Source of the DNA: Styela clava
Taxonomy: Eukaryota
Length of the DNA: 64,000 nucleotides
Direction of reading: 5' to 3'
NCBI RefSeq assembly: GCF_964204865.1
Contig: NC_135258.1
Span: 10,602,001 to 10,666,000, forward strand
Numbering within the stretch: position 1 is the stretch's first letter; each line of letters begins with the position of its first letter. Under the pieces are notes generated by a model. The model did no database searches and was not told the origin of the DNA. It was given only the letters and a program-made list of their open reading frames with translations. Of this stretch, positions 13,130 to 26,567 are shown one piece after another. The translations under genes were made by a program, and so were the position numbers.

Positions 13130-13761
13130 TTTACAGTCCAGATTTAAAAAAAAATTCACTGTCACAATTTAGGATATCTTTTGATAACGAATACCCATCG
13201 CTAAGTAATCGAGCAATCAAACTATTGTCCATATTTTCAACCAGTCACTGCGTTATGCAAAAAAGCATTTTCATCACTAGCTTTAATTAAAACACAGCAA
13301 AGAAATCTGCCGCACGCCGGTGAAGAGCTACGTGTTGCAGAAACTTCTTTGAGGCCTCGTTTGCAATCCTATACTGGAAACGAAACAGCGGCAAAATTAT
13401 CACTCTAGTTAATAATGTTTGTACATGATTTCGCTTGTACATGTTGTTTATGTCAGATGTTTTATGTGTGTCTTTCTTAAGCATAATGGGTGCCCAACAC
13501 TGCATTTCTTTACGCAAATTTATGGGGTTGTTTTCTGTTTCACCCATTTCAATTTTTAGCCACATTATTTGATAGTTTTTTTTCGTGTGATATGTTTTTA
13601 AGTGTGCCTTTCCAGAAGCATATTGAGTGCCCGACACTCCATTATATTACGCAAATTTATGTTATGCTTCTCTGTTTCAATCATTTCAATTTTTGCCGGT
13701 CCGCGAGTACATTTAATTTTATTCTACCGGTCCGCCAGGGTAGAAAGGTTGGAAACCACTG
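13130..13761 (+). mobile_element. 3' remnant of a ZBED5/SCAND3-like hAT transposase plus its right end
   Basis: EYPSLSNRAIKLLSIFSTS... and ...EELRVAETSLRPRLQ resemble the hAT dimerisation domain. The remnant ends in aaaggttggaaaccactg. Confidence 0.6.
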
Positions 13762-15320
13762 GGCTAAACGAACAATCCGTTTAGTAGCAATAGATCTTCC
13801 TCTGTTGTACTTTTTGACTGTTAAATTACATTTTTCTACAAAATCTGCCTAATTTATTTGAAATTTTACAGTAAATAGCAAAATCTTTTGTGCGAGAATT
13901 TCTGCACCATTCATAAATGACGGAATTGTTTTTTAAGTTTTAAAAATTTGAATTAAAAAAGGAACTTCAGTTTCATAAACTGCTAGTAAAAAAAAACGGG
14001 GTTATTAAGAGGTTTCTAATATGAACTAATGGGTGTGAGATTGTATATCGATATTGTTTTGAGCGTGATTCAGTCTGAATACTGAGATATCTAAATCAGG
14101 GTTTCCCAAACTGGAGGGCCAGGGGTCTAGCGACGAATTTTGGGGGTCGCGAAGGGGACACAAATTTCACACAAAGTTAGACCTTTAGTGAAACTAGTGA
14201 AAAACATAAATCTCACGATTTCGAATATGATCAGAGTAGCGGCGCGCTTGCATAACAATGCCGGCTTTGATTGTTAGACCCGAGATGTGGCGTGTTTCCG
14301 AATCACCCGCGGGCCGCACAGAAGTATCTAGCGGGCCGCATGCGGCCCGCGGGCCGTATGTTGAGCAGGCCTGCTGTGCAGTAATTAACTTAACTCTCTC
14401 TTACCAGAGAAGACCTTACGTTAAGCAATCCATGCTTAGCTTGATGGAAATGAATCATAATCACACAGTAGCGCAGTTGCCATAGACTGCACTGATTCAC
14501 TGTGGTTTATGCAATATTGCCATCACTGGACGTTTGAAACGAAAGAATAAACGTAGAACTCGTTTATTCATAGGGGTATAGAAACTTACACAATACGCGG
14601 ACGTAATTTATACTGCCAGATTTTGGGAAACGGGCCCTGGTATAAACCACGTACACAGTGGAATGCGTGTGTTCTGAGAATGTATTTGCGTGAAAATAAA
14701 CATCTGAACGGAAACAAGATACATGTACAAAATCTTTCTGCTTAAATCACGATCGTGCGAAATGCAACCCTGACAAATATATGTGAGTTTATGTGAGTTT
14801 CAGCCTTAGTTTAATTCTGCAATTGCGATTGCAGTAACGATGTGATTAACTACGCTAAAATTACTGAATTAGATATCAGTGGTCCACCTGTAAACAGCAG
14901 GGGGCTAGTTAATTTTTTAATAAAATTGCTGGTTTATAAATTTAAAAAGTGAAAAAAATTTCAATAGTAAAGTACGATATAGGGAGAAATTTTTAAGGTG
15001 TAGCACAAGTTCGAAGGTATATTACATACTGACAGACTGAAGCGGGACCCTGTATTGTATATATTGAATGATGAAATAATGCTTCCCGCTTGATATTTAT
15101 TCTACTTTCTACAGTTCTATAGGAACTTTACTTTCTATTTGTGTGCCCCACTGAATGAACTGGTGGCTCTACATCATCATCAGTACGTTGTCAAGGGCAT
15201 AAAATCTGACAAATCATGAGGCTTTTGTACTGAGTAAAATTGTTGGCTTTCTCTGGCTTTTTTATGTCTTGATTTGGCTTTTTTTGATCGTTGGGGTCTG
15301 GCAACTTTGACCCCCAAAAC

Positions 15321-15474
15321 CAGTCAAACAGTTTTGCAGTAAATACCCCGGAAAGTATGGTTGTCTGGCCATCGTATATCATGGTCGGAAATCGAAATTA
15401 CAATTTCCAATCGACCTGGATACACTAAGTTTACTTCGTCTGTTCTTCGGAGTATAACAGTATAGCAGATGATG
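15321..15474 (+). pseudogene. Small internal fragment of the glycosyltransferase-like gene
   Basis: cagtcaaacagttttgcagtaaataccccgg...tatagcagatgatg matches 3848-3991, with small insertions and a deletion. Confidence 0.9.
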
Positions 15475-17051
15475 TCGAGTGGCAAAATAATGTCTGATTG
15501 ATGATATATTCACTATTGATAGTTCCACTACTTCTTTAGATCAACATAAAATTCTAAAAAAGGGGAACGCTGTGTATATACATGCCTTATACGCTCTATG
15601 GGCAACTGGGCGATGAACAATGCAATAACGTCAATTTAGGCAAGCTGGTTACTAACTGCTATCCCCACTTACGTGGTTCACAAGTATCTATTAGTGAGTG
15701 CTGAATAGGTACCCTGGCCTATGGTACTTTGATGATACGACAAATTTGATCTTAGCTTATAATTATTTACGGCACATTACATTTACTCACACAATTACCC
15801 GTGTAGCGGCTTCTTTTTCCGTTGGCCAGCAGAACGATGGACAATTCTACAAGATTAAGGGGTCTGTCGAGGCTTTGTCCAAATCCAGGTAGACGACGTT
15901 AATTGGATATTTTAGGTATGAAAATTAGTTAGATAGATCGGTGGCTCTTCATGTTGGAAAATCTTTGTGTGTCACTTTCAAACTTGGTATCAAAACTTCT
16001 ATGTTATTGTGGTATGTATCACTTATTGTTCAATGTAAGGTACTTTTAGAATGTGCCAAAATAAATCCGAAGCATTTTGATGAGTGTAATGAAGAGGAAA
16101 AACTAAATATACAGTATATATTAGCATGCGAGTATGTAGGCTAATATGAAGTGACATGTAGTATTGTAAGATGAAGTTGCCATTCTTTGGTTTGAATAAA
16201 CGTTGCAGTAAATGACTTAATCTTACCAGAGCATTTTAGCAAAATACTACAGTATTTAGAAATCCTTGCTTCAGCTTGATTCTAAATTGAAATCAATGAA
16301 ATGAATCAAAGTGATCTATCTCTCCATATATTCATCAGTCAAATAGAGACATCAGCAAGAAAAAGCTAGTTTGGTGAATTTTAATCACACAGTAGCGCAG
16401 TTGTCGTAGACTGCGCTGATTCACTGTGGGCTACGAAATATCTCCACCATTGGATGTTTTTGACAAAAGAAAAACTGTGTTAATATGTAGAACTCATTTA
16501 TTCGTAGGAATATAGAAACTTGCACAATACGCGGGCGTAATTTATGCTGCCAGATGTTGGTAAACGACGCCTGGTATGAACCCCGCATACAGAATGTAAA
16601 CAATCTTCACAGATTACTTTTATCGAATGAGGCCATGGGCTCGTTGACCAATTGGGGTGGTGTGCTTACGCTTACAGAAACTCCAAATCGGCTATTGATT
16701 GAAATATGAAACACAACTTGTAACTAGCGTAAAGTAGATGTAATCATAGGGCGGATGTGAGCGTAAACCTTTATAATGTTGCTTGCGCATAAAAAGATAT
16801 AAAGTTGGCTGTGCACGTGGTTAAGAAAAACGTAAATTAGGAAATTAATGTTAAGATATCAGTTCGTTAAACTGTATAAATGAAGAATTTAAAAGGTGAT
16901 TTATTATGCGAAGACAATTGTAAACAGGAAAATTTGTAAATACCAATAACATGAGAAAAACACGGTAGCGATGTTGAAATATGTTATATATACCACAATC
17001 CTCGGTCATTCATATTCATTCATTCCATTCCATAATCAGTCATTCGTTTCA

Positions 17052-18526
17052 AAGTTTGACACCTCTTTTTGGTAAGTTACAACGTCCCAGCATACGGACA
17101 GCGGCCGTGTAGCGTGACTCAAGATATGGGATGAAATTAGTTTTAGGGGAACTGAAACTAATATTTTGCCATATCCGTCTTTCCTTTTTCCGCTTTACTT
17201 TTTCCGACATGACAAACGACTGTCCGGCACATTTAGATTTATTCTACTGTAAAATCTTCATAACATTTGGCGAGTGGATGTACCTTCCTCATCTTGACAT
17301 GGAGCAGTCTAAAATGTTTTGCGCACAATTCATCAGTGTTTTATCCATTGAGTGCTTAGAGGACTAGAAATTCGTTATGTTTTGTGTTATATTAGGTTTC
17401 CATTCGGCCCATGGCCCAATTCGGAATATATTCTAGATTCAAAAACAGAAGACAGAATTCATTTTCCCCTAACATTAAGCATACAATAAATTTATTTCAG
17501 ATTTAATAATAAAAATCTAAATTCATTTAGTAATTCTATAATCCCTCTTTAGATGCGCAGGCCTCTCAAAATGGTTCATGTTCACAGATTGATACATATT
17601 GTACATTTATTGAAAACTACGCGCACGGGCAGTTTTGTGTCTTATATTTTCTACCAAGCGTTAGTTTGTGTACAGTTTATTGCTAACAGCCAAAGAATAG
17701 TCCACCGAAAACAGATTTTCAGCCACCACACTTCTCGTGTGATCAACGACCAGCTGTTGTGGGGTGTTATGACATCATAGATCGGCGCCTTTTGTACATT
17801 TATCGAAAAGTACGCGAACCTGCTGTTTTATGTTTTATATTTTCCACCAAGCGTTAGTTTGATTATTTTGTGGACAGTTCATTGACAACTATGAAAAAAT
17901 AATTTACTGAAGAGAGATTTTCAGCCACCAAATTTGCGTGTTTTCGACGATCAGCAGTTGTGGGGTATTATGACATTATAGATTGGTACCTGTTGTATAT
18001 TTATCAAGAACTACGCGCACCGGGAGTTTTATGTCTTATGTTGCGCAAACAATATTCATTGGCTTACCGGTTAATGATGCTCATATCATATTACATTTAC
18101 TTTATGCTTGTTAGAATTCATTTTTTAGATATCAATGAAAAGCAATTTTCGAGTTTGTGTAGGCGTAACGAGAATACCCCCACCCCACATAATACTATGC
18201 GTATGGCGATGCGTTTTAATCGAAGGCGTTGTAAGGTGTGCCATGATAGTTTCCGCCAAACGTTGATTTGATCAGTTAGTCGTTGGTTTTGGGACAGTTC
18301 ATTGCCAACATCCAAAGAATAGTCGCGCATCGACAGTTTTGTATCCTATTGTGCGCAATCAACATGTAAAGCTTTGTCCCTGAATGCTAATACAGTTTAG
18401 CCGCTCCGGAGTTTTTTCGAAGTTTGACTCCTCTTTTTGGTAAGTTACGACGTCCCAGCATACGGACAGCGGTCGTGTAGAGTGACTCAAGATATGAGAT
18501 GAAATTAGTTTTAGGGGGACTGAAAC
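17052..18526 (+). repeat. About 107-bp direct repeats (17052-17158, 18420-18526) flanking an approximately 195-bp tandem array (17599-18040)
   Basis: aagtttgac...ggtaagttac(a/g)acgtcccagcatacggacagcgg...ctgaaac occurs twice. Tandem units start ttgta(c/t)atttat at about 17599, 17792 and 17993. Confidence 0.8.
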
Positions 18527-18940
18527 GCTTTTTATCACATTATATATATGAACGACCAGATGTTGTGGGGTAATATGTTATTCGATTGCGACTTTGCATA
18601 TATCTGTTCCTCTGCTTGGATCTGCGTTTTTTTATATTTAGGCTGATGTACCGTACATATACCTCGTAGATGCAACCGCATGCATATGAGTTGGCGGTAT
18701 ATGCATATTCTTGGTAATATATGTGTGTCATGTTACCAACCTTATCGCTTGTACGTGAACATTAGAACCGAGACAAAATACATGTACAAGACTTGCTGAC
18801 CTAAATCACAATTGTGCGACATGTAACCCTGACAAATAAAACAGCAGTTTGGGACTGATACGCTATAAGGGGTCACAGTGGTTCCCAAACTTTTTCAGCT
18901 TGCGGCACATTTAAAACCGAATGAAAAAAGTCGCGGAAAT

Positions 18941-21900
18941 CCTTTTATCCAATTCAAGATTTCTAAATCACCTAATCGGCAAACTTATTAATTGGCAGAA
19001 AAGAACGATCGGTTTGGTCGGTCAATTGTAACAAATCTTCATCGTTTTTTGCTTTCTGTCAGCGCGGTAACTTAATATTCGCAGAGCCACTAAGATGCAA
19101 ATGGCAAATCATATAATTACTTGGTAACTGATTATTGAATAGCATTTGTAAGCATATACCAAAAACTGAAGCTTTTTGAACCGAATAACAAGAAGAGTTT
19201 TGATGAGAATTTCATATTTATTCTGGGGGAGAGGAAAGCTCGGGTTGGGGTTAGTCTAACTTTAACGATGATAATGATGTTTGCCAGGCCACAATTTCAG
19301 AATAGAAACTAAGTAACAGTATTGGAATTGACATGAAAAATAAAATAAAAGAACAACAATTGTATTATTACGATTTTACGATAATTGGGGCCATGGAGAA
19401 AGTATTTGGGAGCCAGTTATCTAATCTAATGTATAAGTTGTATTCGAAACCCCAAAGATTACACGTTGATTGTTGTATTCTTCAATAGGCGCTTCGCAGG
19501 CTTTTAATACGGCAAGGTCGCTCTAGAAATTTTCATCAATGATTATCTGAGAAAAAAACGGGCGCAGATCTTTTTCATTTCCCCTCTCATCAAACATACC
19601 CACCCGCATGTTCATCAAATTATGCTCACGGCAAAGGTCGCAGTACAAATAAAAGTTAAGCACGAAAATTTAATTTGATTAGTTTAAATGTTGAAACTAA
19701 TCATTGGGTGCTCGGCTTCATATTTAGTAGTATTATTGAAATATTGATAATATTCATTCAAGGACCAAACTAGAATCAACTTATTTTAATATTATGTTAC
19801 TAAAAAACTATGCAAAAATATTGGTATGTATCATCGTATCAGCACTTTTTCTGAAAGTTTTGAAAGCAGGATATTTTGAATCGAAATGTGACCAACACGG
19901 ACATGAAATTAAGAAAAGTTTCGATGTAAAAAAGTTGCTACAGCCTTATTCCAATATAAATGCAATGTCAAAAGTTGACAATCAAACAAAGACGAAAAAT
20001 ATGCATGTTTATGAGATAGAGAAAGAATTACAGAGACTCAAAAGAACAAGGGAATGTATAGCATGCCAACATCACGAATCTGTCAAGCAGTTTTGCAGTA
20101 AATACCCCGGGAGGTATGGTTGTCCATCGTATATCATGGTTGGAATTACAATTTCCAATCGACCTGGATACACTAAGTTTACTTCATCTGTTCTTCGGAA
20201 GTATAACAATAGAGCAGAAGATGATATTCATTTATTTGAATATGGTTCTAACAAATTTGATCTCAAAATATTAAAAACATGGTACGGCGATGGAATAAAG
20301 TACATTCAGTCAAAAAATAAAATATGGAAACCAGAAATAATGAAGGCTGTACTGGAACACTTTTTGAAAACAAATTACAAGTTATTGATAGTATTAAACG
20401 ACGATATGATTCTGTTAAAAGATTGGATGAATTTCATTGAAAAACTTATCACGCATACAGACGGAATACTTTCACTTTATCATCCATCCATGAACCATAG
20501 TTTTGTTAAATGATTGTGAATATCAACAAGGTGATTTATGTGTTGGTGAATCAATAGATGATTCTGGTTTTGTTGTGACAAAATCTTTTGCTAAAACTAT
20601 GATTTCAGCAATTGATGTTTCTGTACGTGAATATGGGTGGAAGGATATACTCGAAAAACTTCCTGTTCAGATGTTTTACCCAGTAAAATCTCTCTCGATG
20701 CACATTGGACAGAAAAACCAAGACAAACAAAATTGTGGAACAAATGAGGTTGCTCATAGGTTCAACAGATGCGAATATCCATCTTGGATAAAAGAACAAA
20801 TCGAGTTTTACTTCGACAGATGCACAAGTCCCGATGAACTTTATCCAGATAATCCAAACTCTGAAAAATTTAAAACAATAATGAAAAAAAAATTCTGGGT
20901 TCGACCGGCGATTTCATATTCATTTTATGGATATAAAACAAGATATGTTGCAATTGCTTTGGCAAATGCGGCTCGGCTATCGAGTGTTTATCCCGGATGG
21001 AAGATCTGGTTATTTCATGATAATTCAGTACCAGATCCTTATTTACAAACGTTTTGTGAATATGATGTCAGATTTATCGATATGACTGGAACGAAGTTAA
21101 CAAATCAAATGTCCTGGCGTTTTTAGCAGCTTCGGAGCCAGTTAAAAGGTGGGCAATTCGGGATATAGATTCGTACTTACTTCCGAGAGGAAAAGCGGCT
21201 GTGGACGAATGGTTTTCTTCAGGCAAAAATTTCCACATCCTGAGAGATCATCCTAACCATTCACGACATCCAATAAATGGCGGGAGTTGGGGAGGAAATT
21301 CCGAAGCTATGCCTAATATGAGAGAAGAACTTGAAAAATATATCATCACCAATGCTTACATGCAAGACATGAAATTTTTAAGAAATGTTGTTTGGCCCGT
21401 TGCCAAAGAATCAGCGTGGATAAATGATGCATACTCAATCCACAAGTTTGGTGAGGATCATCCTTTTCCTACAAAACTTGAAATCGAATGGGCCTTTGTT
21501 TGCAGCGTAATTTTGTGGCCTTAAATTTGTCATATTTCTCACTAGCCATAATTTAAAAGCTTTTTTACAAAATAAAAACTAAGTTCCTTACAGTAGATGC
21601 AAAGCATCATAATTTATCTGTAATATTACTTTATCAAAAATATAGTAATTCACGTGAGTTCAGTTACTTTCCTAAAAGTCTAAGAATATTGGAATTGAGA
21701 TATTCCCATTTGTGTTACTTACTTCCAACCCAATAGGATCGGCCTGGTCATGAATGGCCAATCTGTGTCATAATTTGGGAATATGGCTGAATTAAATGTA
21801 TTTTGGGGGGTCAATAGTATTTCATAGTTGTCTGCATGTGAACAAAACCAATTTCAAAACTCAAAATGTTTGAGTTTAAATTATCCATGCTTGATCCGAG

Positions 21901-23066
21901 TGTTCTTAATTACGGTGACGTCAACATATTTTTTTATGTATAATTTTTTTTTTGCAACAAGGTCAATTTTATTTGTATGAGTATTTCAAAGCTTAAAAAT
22001 AAAAAAAGAATCTGTTGTTAGTTGAAAACGAAGTATTTTGAACGCGCGAGCAACGTTCTCCGGCTCATAATAAACAAAGATACCAGACAGCACGCGATCA
22101 AATGCTCTCCGATAAAACGAATATCACTTCACTTACAAATCCCACTCTTGTTTTATTTTGAAGGTGACGTAAAGCTCTTCTAAAAGAGAACTCTTTCTCT
22201 CGCATATCAATCACGTGTCGACCACAACGTTAAAAGTGAGAAACTTTTTTTTGAAATTTCTCTCTTCTTACCGGCGTACGGCCGTACGCATTTGCGCTAC
22301 GTAATTTGCGTTTTAGTGGAAAGCGACGAACATAAGCTTTTTAAGGACACATTAATGATGTTTTTGGCATTCTTGGTTGCTGAAATATTAAAAAAATTAT
22401 AGAGGGGTGTCAAAATGACCCAGGAACACCGGGGGTTATTAGGCCCCGCGCTAAAGGCGCCTTCAACTGAATCAGTTGTTAGAGCCAAGAAAAGAGATTT
22501 CTTAATTTTTCATGTGCCTAAGATGACTCGAAAAGTTGATAAAATATAAAATAAAAAACATACTAAAACGTTTCCGAATACGCCATGTAATAACTGGCAG
22601 TTTTTTGAATGCTGTCTATTTTTAATGAAGTGTAGTTTTTACTTTTAATAATTATATTGGAATAAAAAGTATCATTATTGAAATATTAGTGCTACAGACC
22701 ACTTGACTGGAAAGCTACAAAAAGAAAAGGTACTCGATTTCCATCCTAACCACCAATTTTGTTAACAATGCTACTGGTTGACTCGGCTCGCAACATTTGT
22801 AGTTCTACTTCGTTAAAAAAAGTTTCAATTTCTTTCTTTTACATTGATTGCTCTGGTTTGGTATTTGATCATTCAAACTGTTCATTTCCATAAATACTTT
22901 TATTTTATTTTAAAGTACGCAACACTTGAGTAAAATCTACTTAACACAAGAATCACTGTGAGATGATATTCATGAGATCATAAATACTGATTTATTTATG
23001 TCGCTTGATCTATTCAGGTATTTACAAATTGACGCCTTCAAAGCACGCTCACCTTTATAAATCTAA
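18941..23066 (+). repeat. Segmental duplicate of 51-6155 carrying glycosyltransferase copy B
   Basis: Collinear flank homology: 51-420 with 18941-19335, 2503-2635 with 19443-19568, 3392-3549 with 19642-19793, and downstream 5293-6155 with 21525-23066, with differential insertions. The duplicate starts just after a hAT left end (cagtggttcccaaac, 18876). Confidence 0.85.
19794..21524 (+). pseudogene. Full-length glycosyltransferase-like copy B with two frameshifts
   Basis: Three ORFs (19794-20513, 20503-21126, 21201-21524) tile the copy A protein. There is a +1 A near 20510 and a -1 near 21121. The DDGS motif has become EYGS, and the upstream acceptor AG has become AT. Confidence 0.85.
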
Positions 23067-23599
23067 AATTAACTACATACGCTATAAACATACATTTGCA
23101 ATGGCTCGTATAAGAATGATTTCACTTCTTCGTCGCTAACACCTCATCATCTTATATTCGGATCCAAGCTCAGATTCGAGTCGAAATCACGCATTTTCGG
23201 CTCTCTGAATAGATATTGAGTCCTTGACATGTTTTTTCCGAGTCAAATCAAAATAAGATGACTAGTCGTATCTGCAGACATACATTTGTGATGTATCACA
23301 GATTCTTATTATTGAAACGATTCCAATTTCACCAATTATACTGTTCATTTTACGGTTTTAACATTTTTACTATATTTTAAGATTTGATGGCTCCGCTTAA
23401 TTGAATCAAATCAACAACAATAAAAACACAAAGAAGCGTAAAATAATAACAACATACTTTGCTGGCTATAGTTAATATGACTAATCAAATTTATCTTAAT
23501 TCCTTTTTATTCATTTCATTGCCCTCCCTTCTCTAGCGTTTTTGCCTCTCTTCTCTAATCTATTTTTGGCTTGGGTCATTCTATTAAAGTCGTTTAGGA

Positions 23600-24190
23600 C
23601 TTCTTCGTTACGAGGATAAATTATTTCTTTTCCTTTCTTGCTTTTCCCTGGAAGAATGCCTTTTGTGATCAACCAGGGACTAGTTCATTATGTTTTTGAT
23701 AGGAGTAATGTCAGGAGTAATCAGCACTGTAATTAAGATCAAATATCTTTTGAACGAGATCGAATAACCTGGTTTAGGTGGGAATTATTGATGCTTTCAT
23801 AAGCTCTTGAATTTAAAATCATTATTTCCTGAAGAAGGAGGTATTATTCAGATGATTATTCAAAAAATATATTCAACCCGGATGCCACCATTAAGTATGT
23901 TCTGTCTAATATTTTGTCTCGTATTTCTGACTAATAGCAGGAATTGAGAAGAAAAATTATTACGCAGCCGGGATATCTCTCGTCCCGTGAATTTTCCTTG
24001 CTATTCATTTGATACCAAACTGAACTGATGATAAAACACTTCAGCCATATGTTTCTTGCCTAAACAACATGGGTGCAAGTGATTCGTCGTTTTTATTTTT
24101 TTTTCTCCATGAAAACCGACCGAAAAAGTTTTTAAATAAACGACGTGATAATTGTCTGTGATTTTAATGCTGTCCACTTTCATATGGCTT
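23600..24190 (-). mobile_element. Possible decayed LINE reverse transcriptase remnant
   Basis: Broken frames give RRITC/CLGK, ILNSRAYESINNSHL and KGILPG in the order of RT motifs. Highly degenerate. Confidence 0.3.
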
Positions 24191-24578
24191 TTGTAAGTTT
24201 AAAAATTTAGCTTTAAAAAATATATTGGAATATAATACATCATTATGGGATTATTATTTCTGCAGATCATTTTACGGGAAAACGACGAAAAAAATTCACT
24301 CTAATTATTAGAGCTGCAATTGAGGCCTAAAACAAAGCAGTGAAAGAATTGAATGATGAATTAGAATTAGACGCTAAAAACAAGACATTGGCAAGAAAGC
24401 TGTAATTGCTGAAAGATAATATGTTAATTAATCATATGTAGTTTGACAAAATATATATCACATAAACCTCAAATGTCCATCTGTATCGGCAATGTACGGT
24501 ATTCTTATTCACTTTACGCAGAAAGTGTTAGATTGAATCGTAACTTTTCATATAATACTGGGACCACACTGGGAATAG

Positions 24579-26567
24579 AATAGACCTTAGTTCAAAACCC
24601 ATCCTATACGCGCGAAAAATAAAAGTGACATGAACAAACAAATTTTGTCATTATCTCTTACGGAGAATGTGATCACCAAAGCAGAAATTTGCATTTTTTG
24701 TTATTTTTTTAGTTATCCTTCATTGTAGACGTGTGCAGTTTTGAGGATAGAATATTTTTTATATACTTTTTTATATACTATAATGGGCGTGGTGTTTCCG
24801 CTGGCGTCATTCTCACTATCCAGGGTCGTCCAACCTTTTGGGATGAAGGGCCACGCCCACATGTAGTTTACAAATAATTGCGCGGGCCACTTAACATGGT
24901 AGTTATGTTCTAGTTTTGCTACACTGACTACAGGTTAATGATAAAACAAAGAATACTCTCACACCAAACTTTCACAATTATGTTGTCACAAGACTGTTGT
25001 TTCCCAACCATTGATGGCGCACCATCAGTGGTTATTCCCGAAAGTTTCGCCAAAGACAAGCCTAGACGCTTGATCATTTCCATCACATCTTCTAACAAAT
25101 CAACGCCTCTAGACGTACCTTTAATAGGGACAATGGTTGCGAGCTCTTCGGTAATTTCAAAATCATCATTAACTCCCCGCAAGAAGATCGCCAAATGAGC
25201 AGTAACCTTGATGTCAGTGCTTTCGTCAAGCGCCAAGGATTACGATGAAAATTTTTCCGTTTTTGCAACTAAAGTTTCCGCTATAGAGTTTCCAAACTCT
25301 ATAACACGACGAGTTCGCAAACACCTCTTTTATTTCCGGACGTAAAACATTGGCAAACCGAACAATACATAATATACATTCCTTAAAGAATTCTCAGTTT
25401 GTGAATGGCTTCGATTGTTTTGCGATAACGTCATATAGAGTAGTAAAAGACCAAGTGTGTAAGCGACTATGGCACCTTTATTTATCGATATCTCCTCTTA
25501 GTTGGTTTCGATTCAAAATGACACTCATGGCTCGTTGGAAAGGGCTGGCAAAGCGCATTTTAGTAAATAAACAAATCGTTTGTATCACATTTTCGTATGC
25601 TACATCACTCAAAATATAGTTTCGCTCAATTTTTCTAATCAATTCTGAAAAATAAAGCGGGGCACAGGTTGGACGACCCTGCAGTATACCATGACATTCT
25701 GCTAACGCGTTGTGGTCTGTGAAATATGCGCTCCAACTGCTCGTGTTTCTTATTATGTGATAACAAAATACCGGAACCACAACATACCGTGTTTGGCGTT
25801 TAAAGAAAGACCTATTTTAGTTAGTAAAGTTTATCCAGAATGGCAGTCTGTTCACGTATTCAGTCATATTCACTTTTCCTTACTGGCTTTGCGCATATCC
25901 TTCCTATACAGCGAGCGACTTTTCTCTGAAGGCATGCTGACGTGTTTTTTAATCTAGTTGGGATTTTAATATTGAATTTAATGTAATAGTTTGGAGATAT
26001 TTATCTCTGTTTTTGTATACAACTTATCCTACCTGACCTATTTGCTGAAATTTCCGTTACCCCTAGGTACGGTACAGGTAGTTTAAAATAAATAACACGT
26101 CAGCTTGCCTCCAGTAGATGGTTGCTAACTGTACAGGTATAAATGCGTGAAACCAGTAAACAAACGATAGTGAAACGGTATAGATAATAGACTGCCAATG
26201 TCAAACGCTTCCAGTACCGGTACTCGAGGCGACATTAGCGCTGCAGTTAGCGCGCATATTTCACAGGTTGGCAGAATGTCATGGTCTAGGTGGAGTGACG
26301 TCACCGGCAACACCACGCCCATTAAAATTTTAGTGTACGATTATCAAAAAACTTGACCATGTTTATCGTCATAAAAATATGGAAGAATATCTAACAATCA
26401 CTCTATATATAAAACTGTCCACGTTTACAACGAAAGATAAATAAAAAATGCAAATTTCTGCCCTGGTGATCCCATTCCCCATAAGAGCCAACCAATGTTA
26501 AAATTGTTTTGTTGATTTCACTTTTATTTTTGCGCGTAGAACGGGTTTTGAATGACTAAGGTCTATT
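24579..26567. mobile_element. Foldback-type non-autonomous DNA element with long (about 240-280 bp) imperfect TIRs
   Basis: 24579-24815 is the reverse complement of about 26292-26567 (aatagaccttag...taatgggcgtggtg / caccacgcccatta...ctaaggtctatt). Confidence 0.8.
24821..25681 (-). mobile_element. Internally deleted hAT transposon, GTF2IRD2/SPIN-like transposase fragment
   Basis: Perfect 16-bp TIR cagggtcgtccaacct. ORF 24928-25236 reads ALDESTDIKVTAHLAIFLRGV...ITTDGAPSMVG (hAT catalytic D motifs). The TSD is degenerate. Confidence 0.9.

Larger units (their letters stand above)
12135..14373. mobile_element. hAT (Charlie-like) composite element with nested hAT remnants
   Basis: TIR caggcctgcacaac / gttgagcaggcctg (13/14). 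Perfect 8-bp TSD ctgtgcag at 12127-12134 and 14374-14381. The element is absent from the paralogous block near 16200. Confidence 0.9.
11897..14778 (+). repeat. Local duplicated block (homologous to 15964-16600 plus about 18765-18838), interrupted by different insertions in each copy
   Basis: 11897-12120 matches 15964-16195, 14458-14660 matches 16383-16592, and 14706-14778 matches about 18766-18838. Confidence 0.75.

Noticed and set aside
21722-22450. Insertion specific to the copy B 3' flank as a piggyBac-like MITE
   Set aside because: The insertion is real relative to copy A, but TIRs and a TTAA TSD could not be convincingly read.
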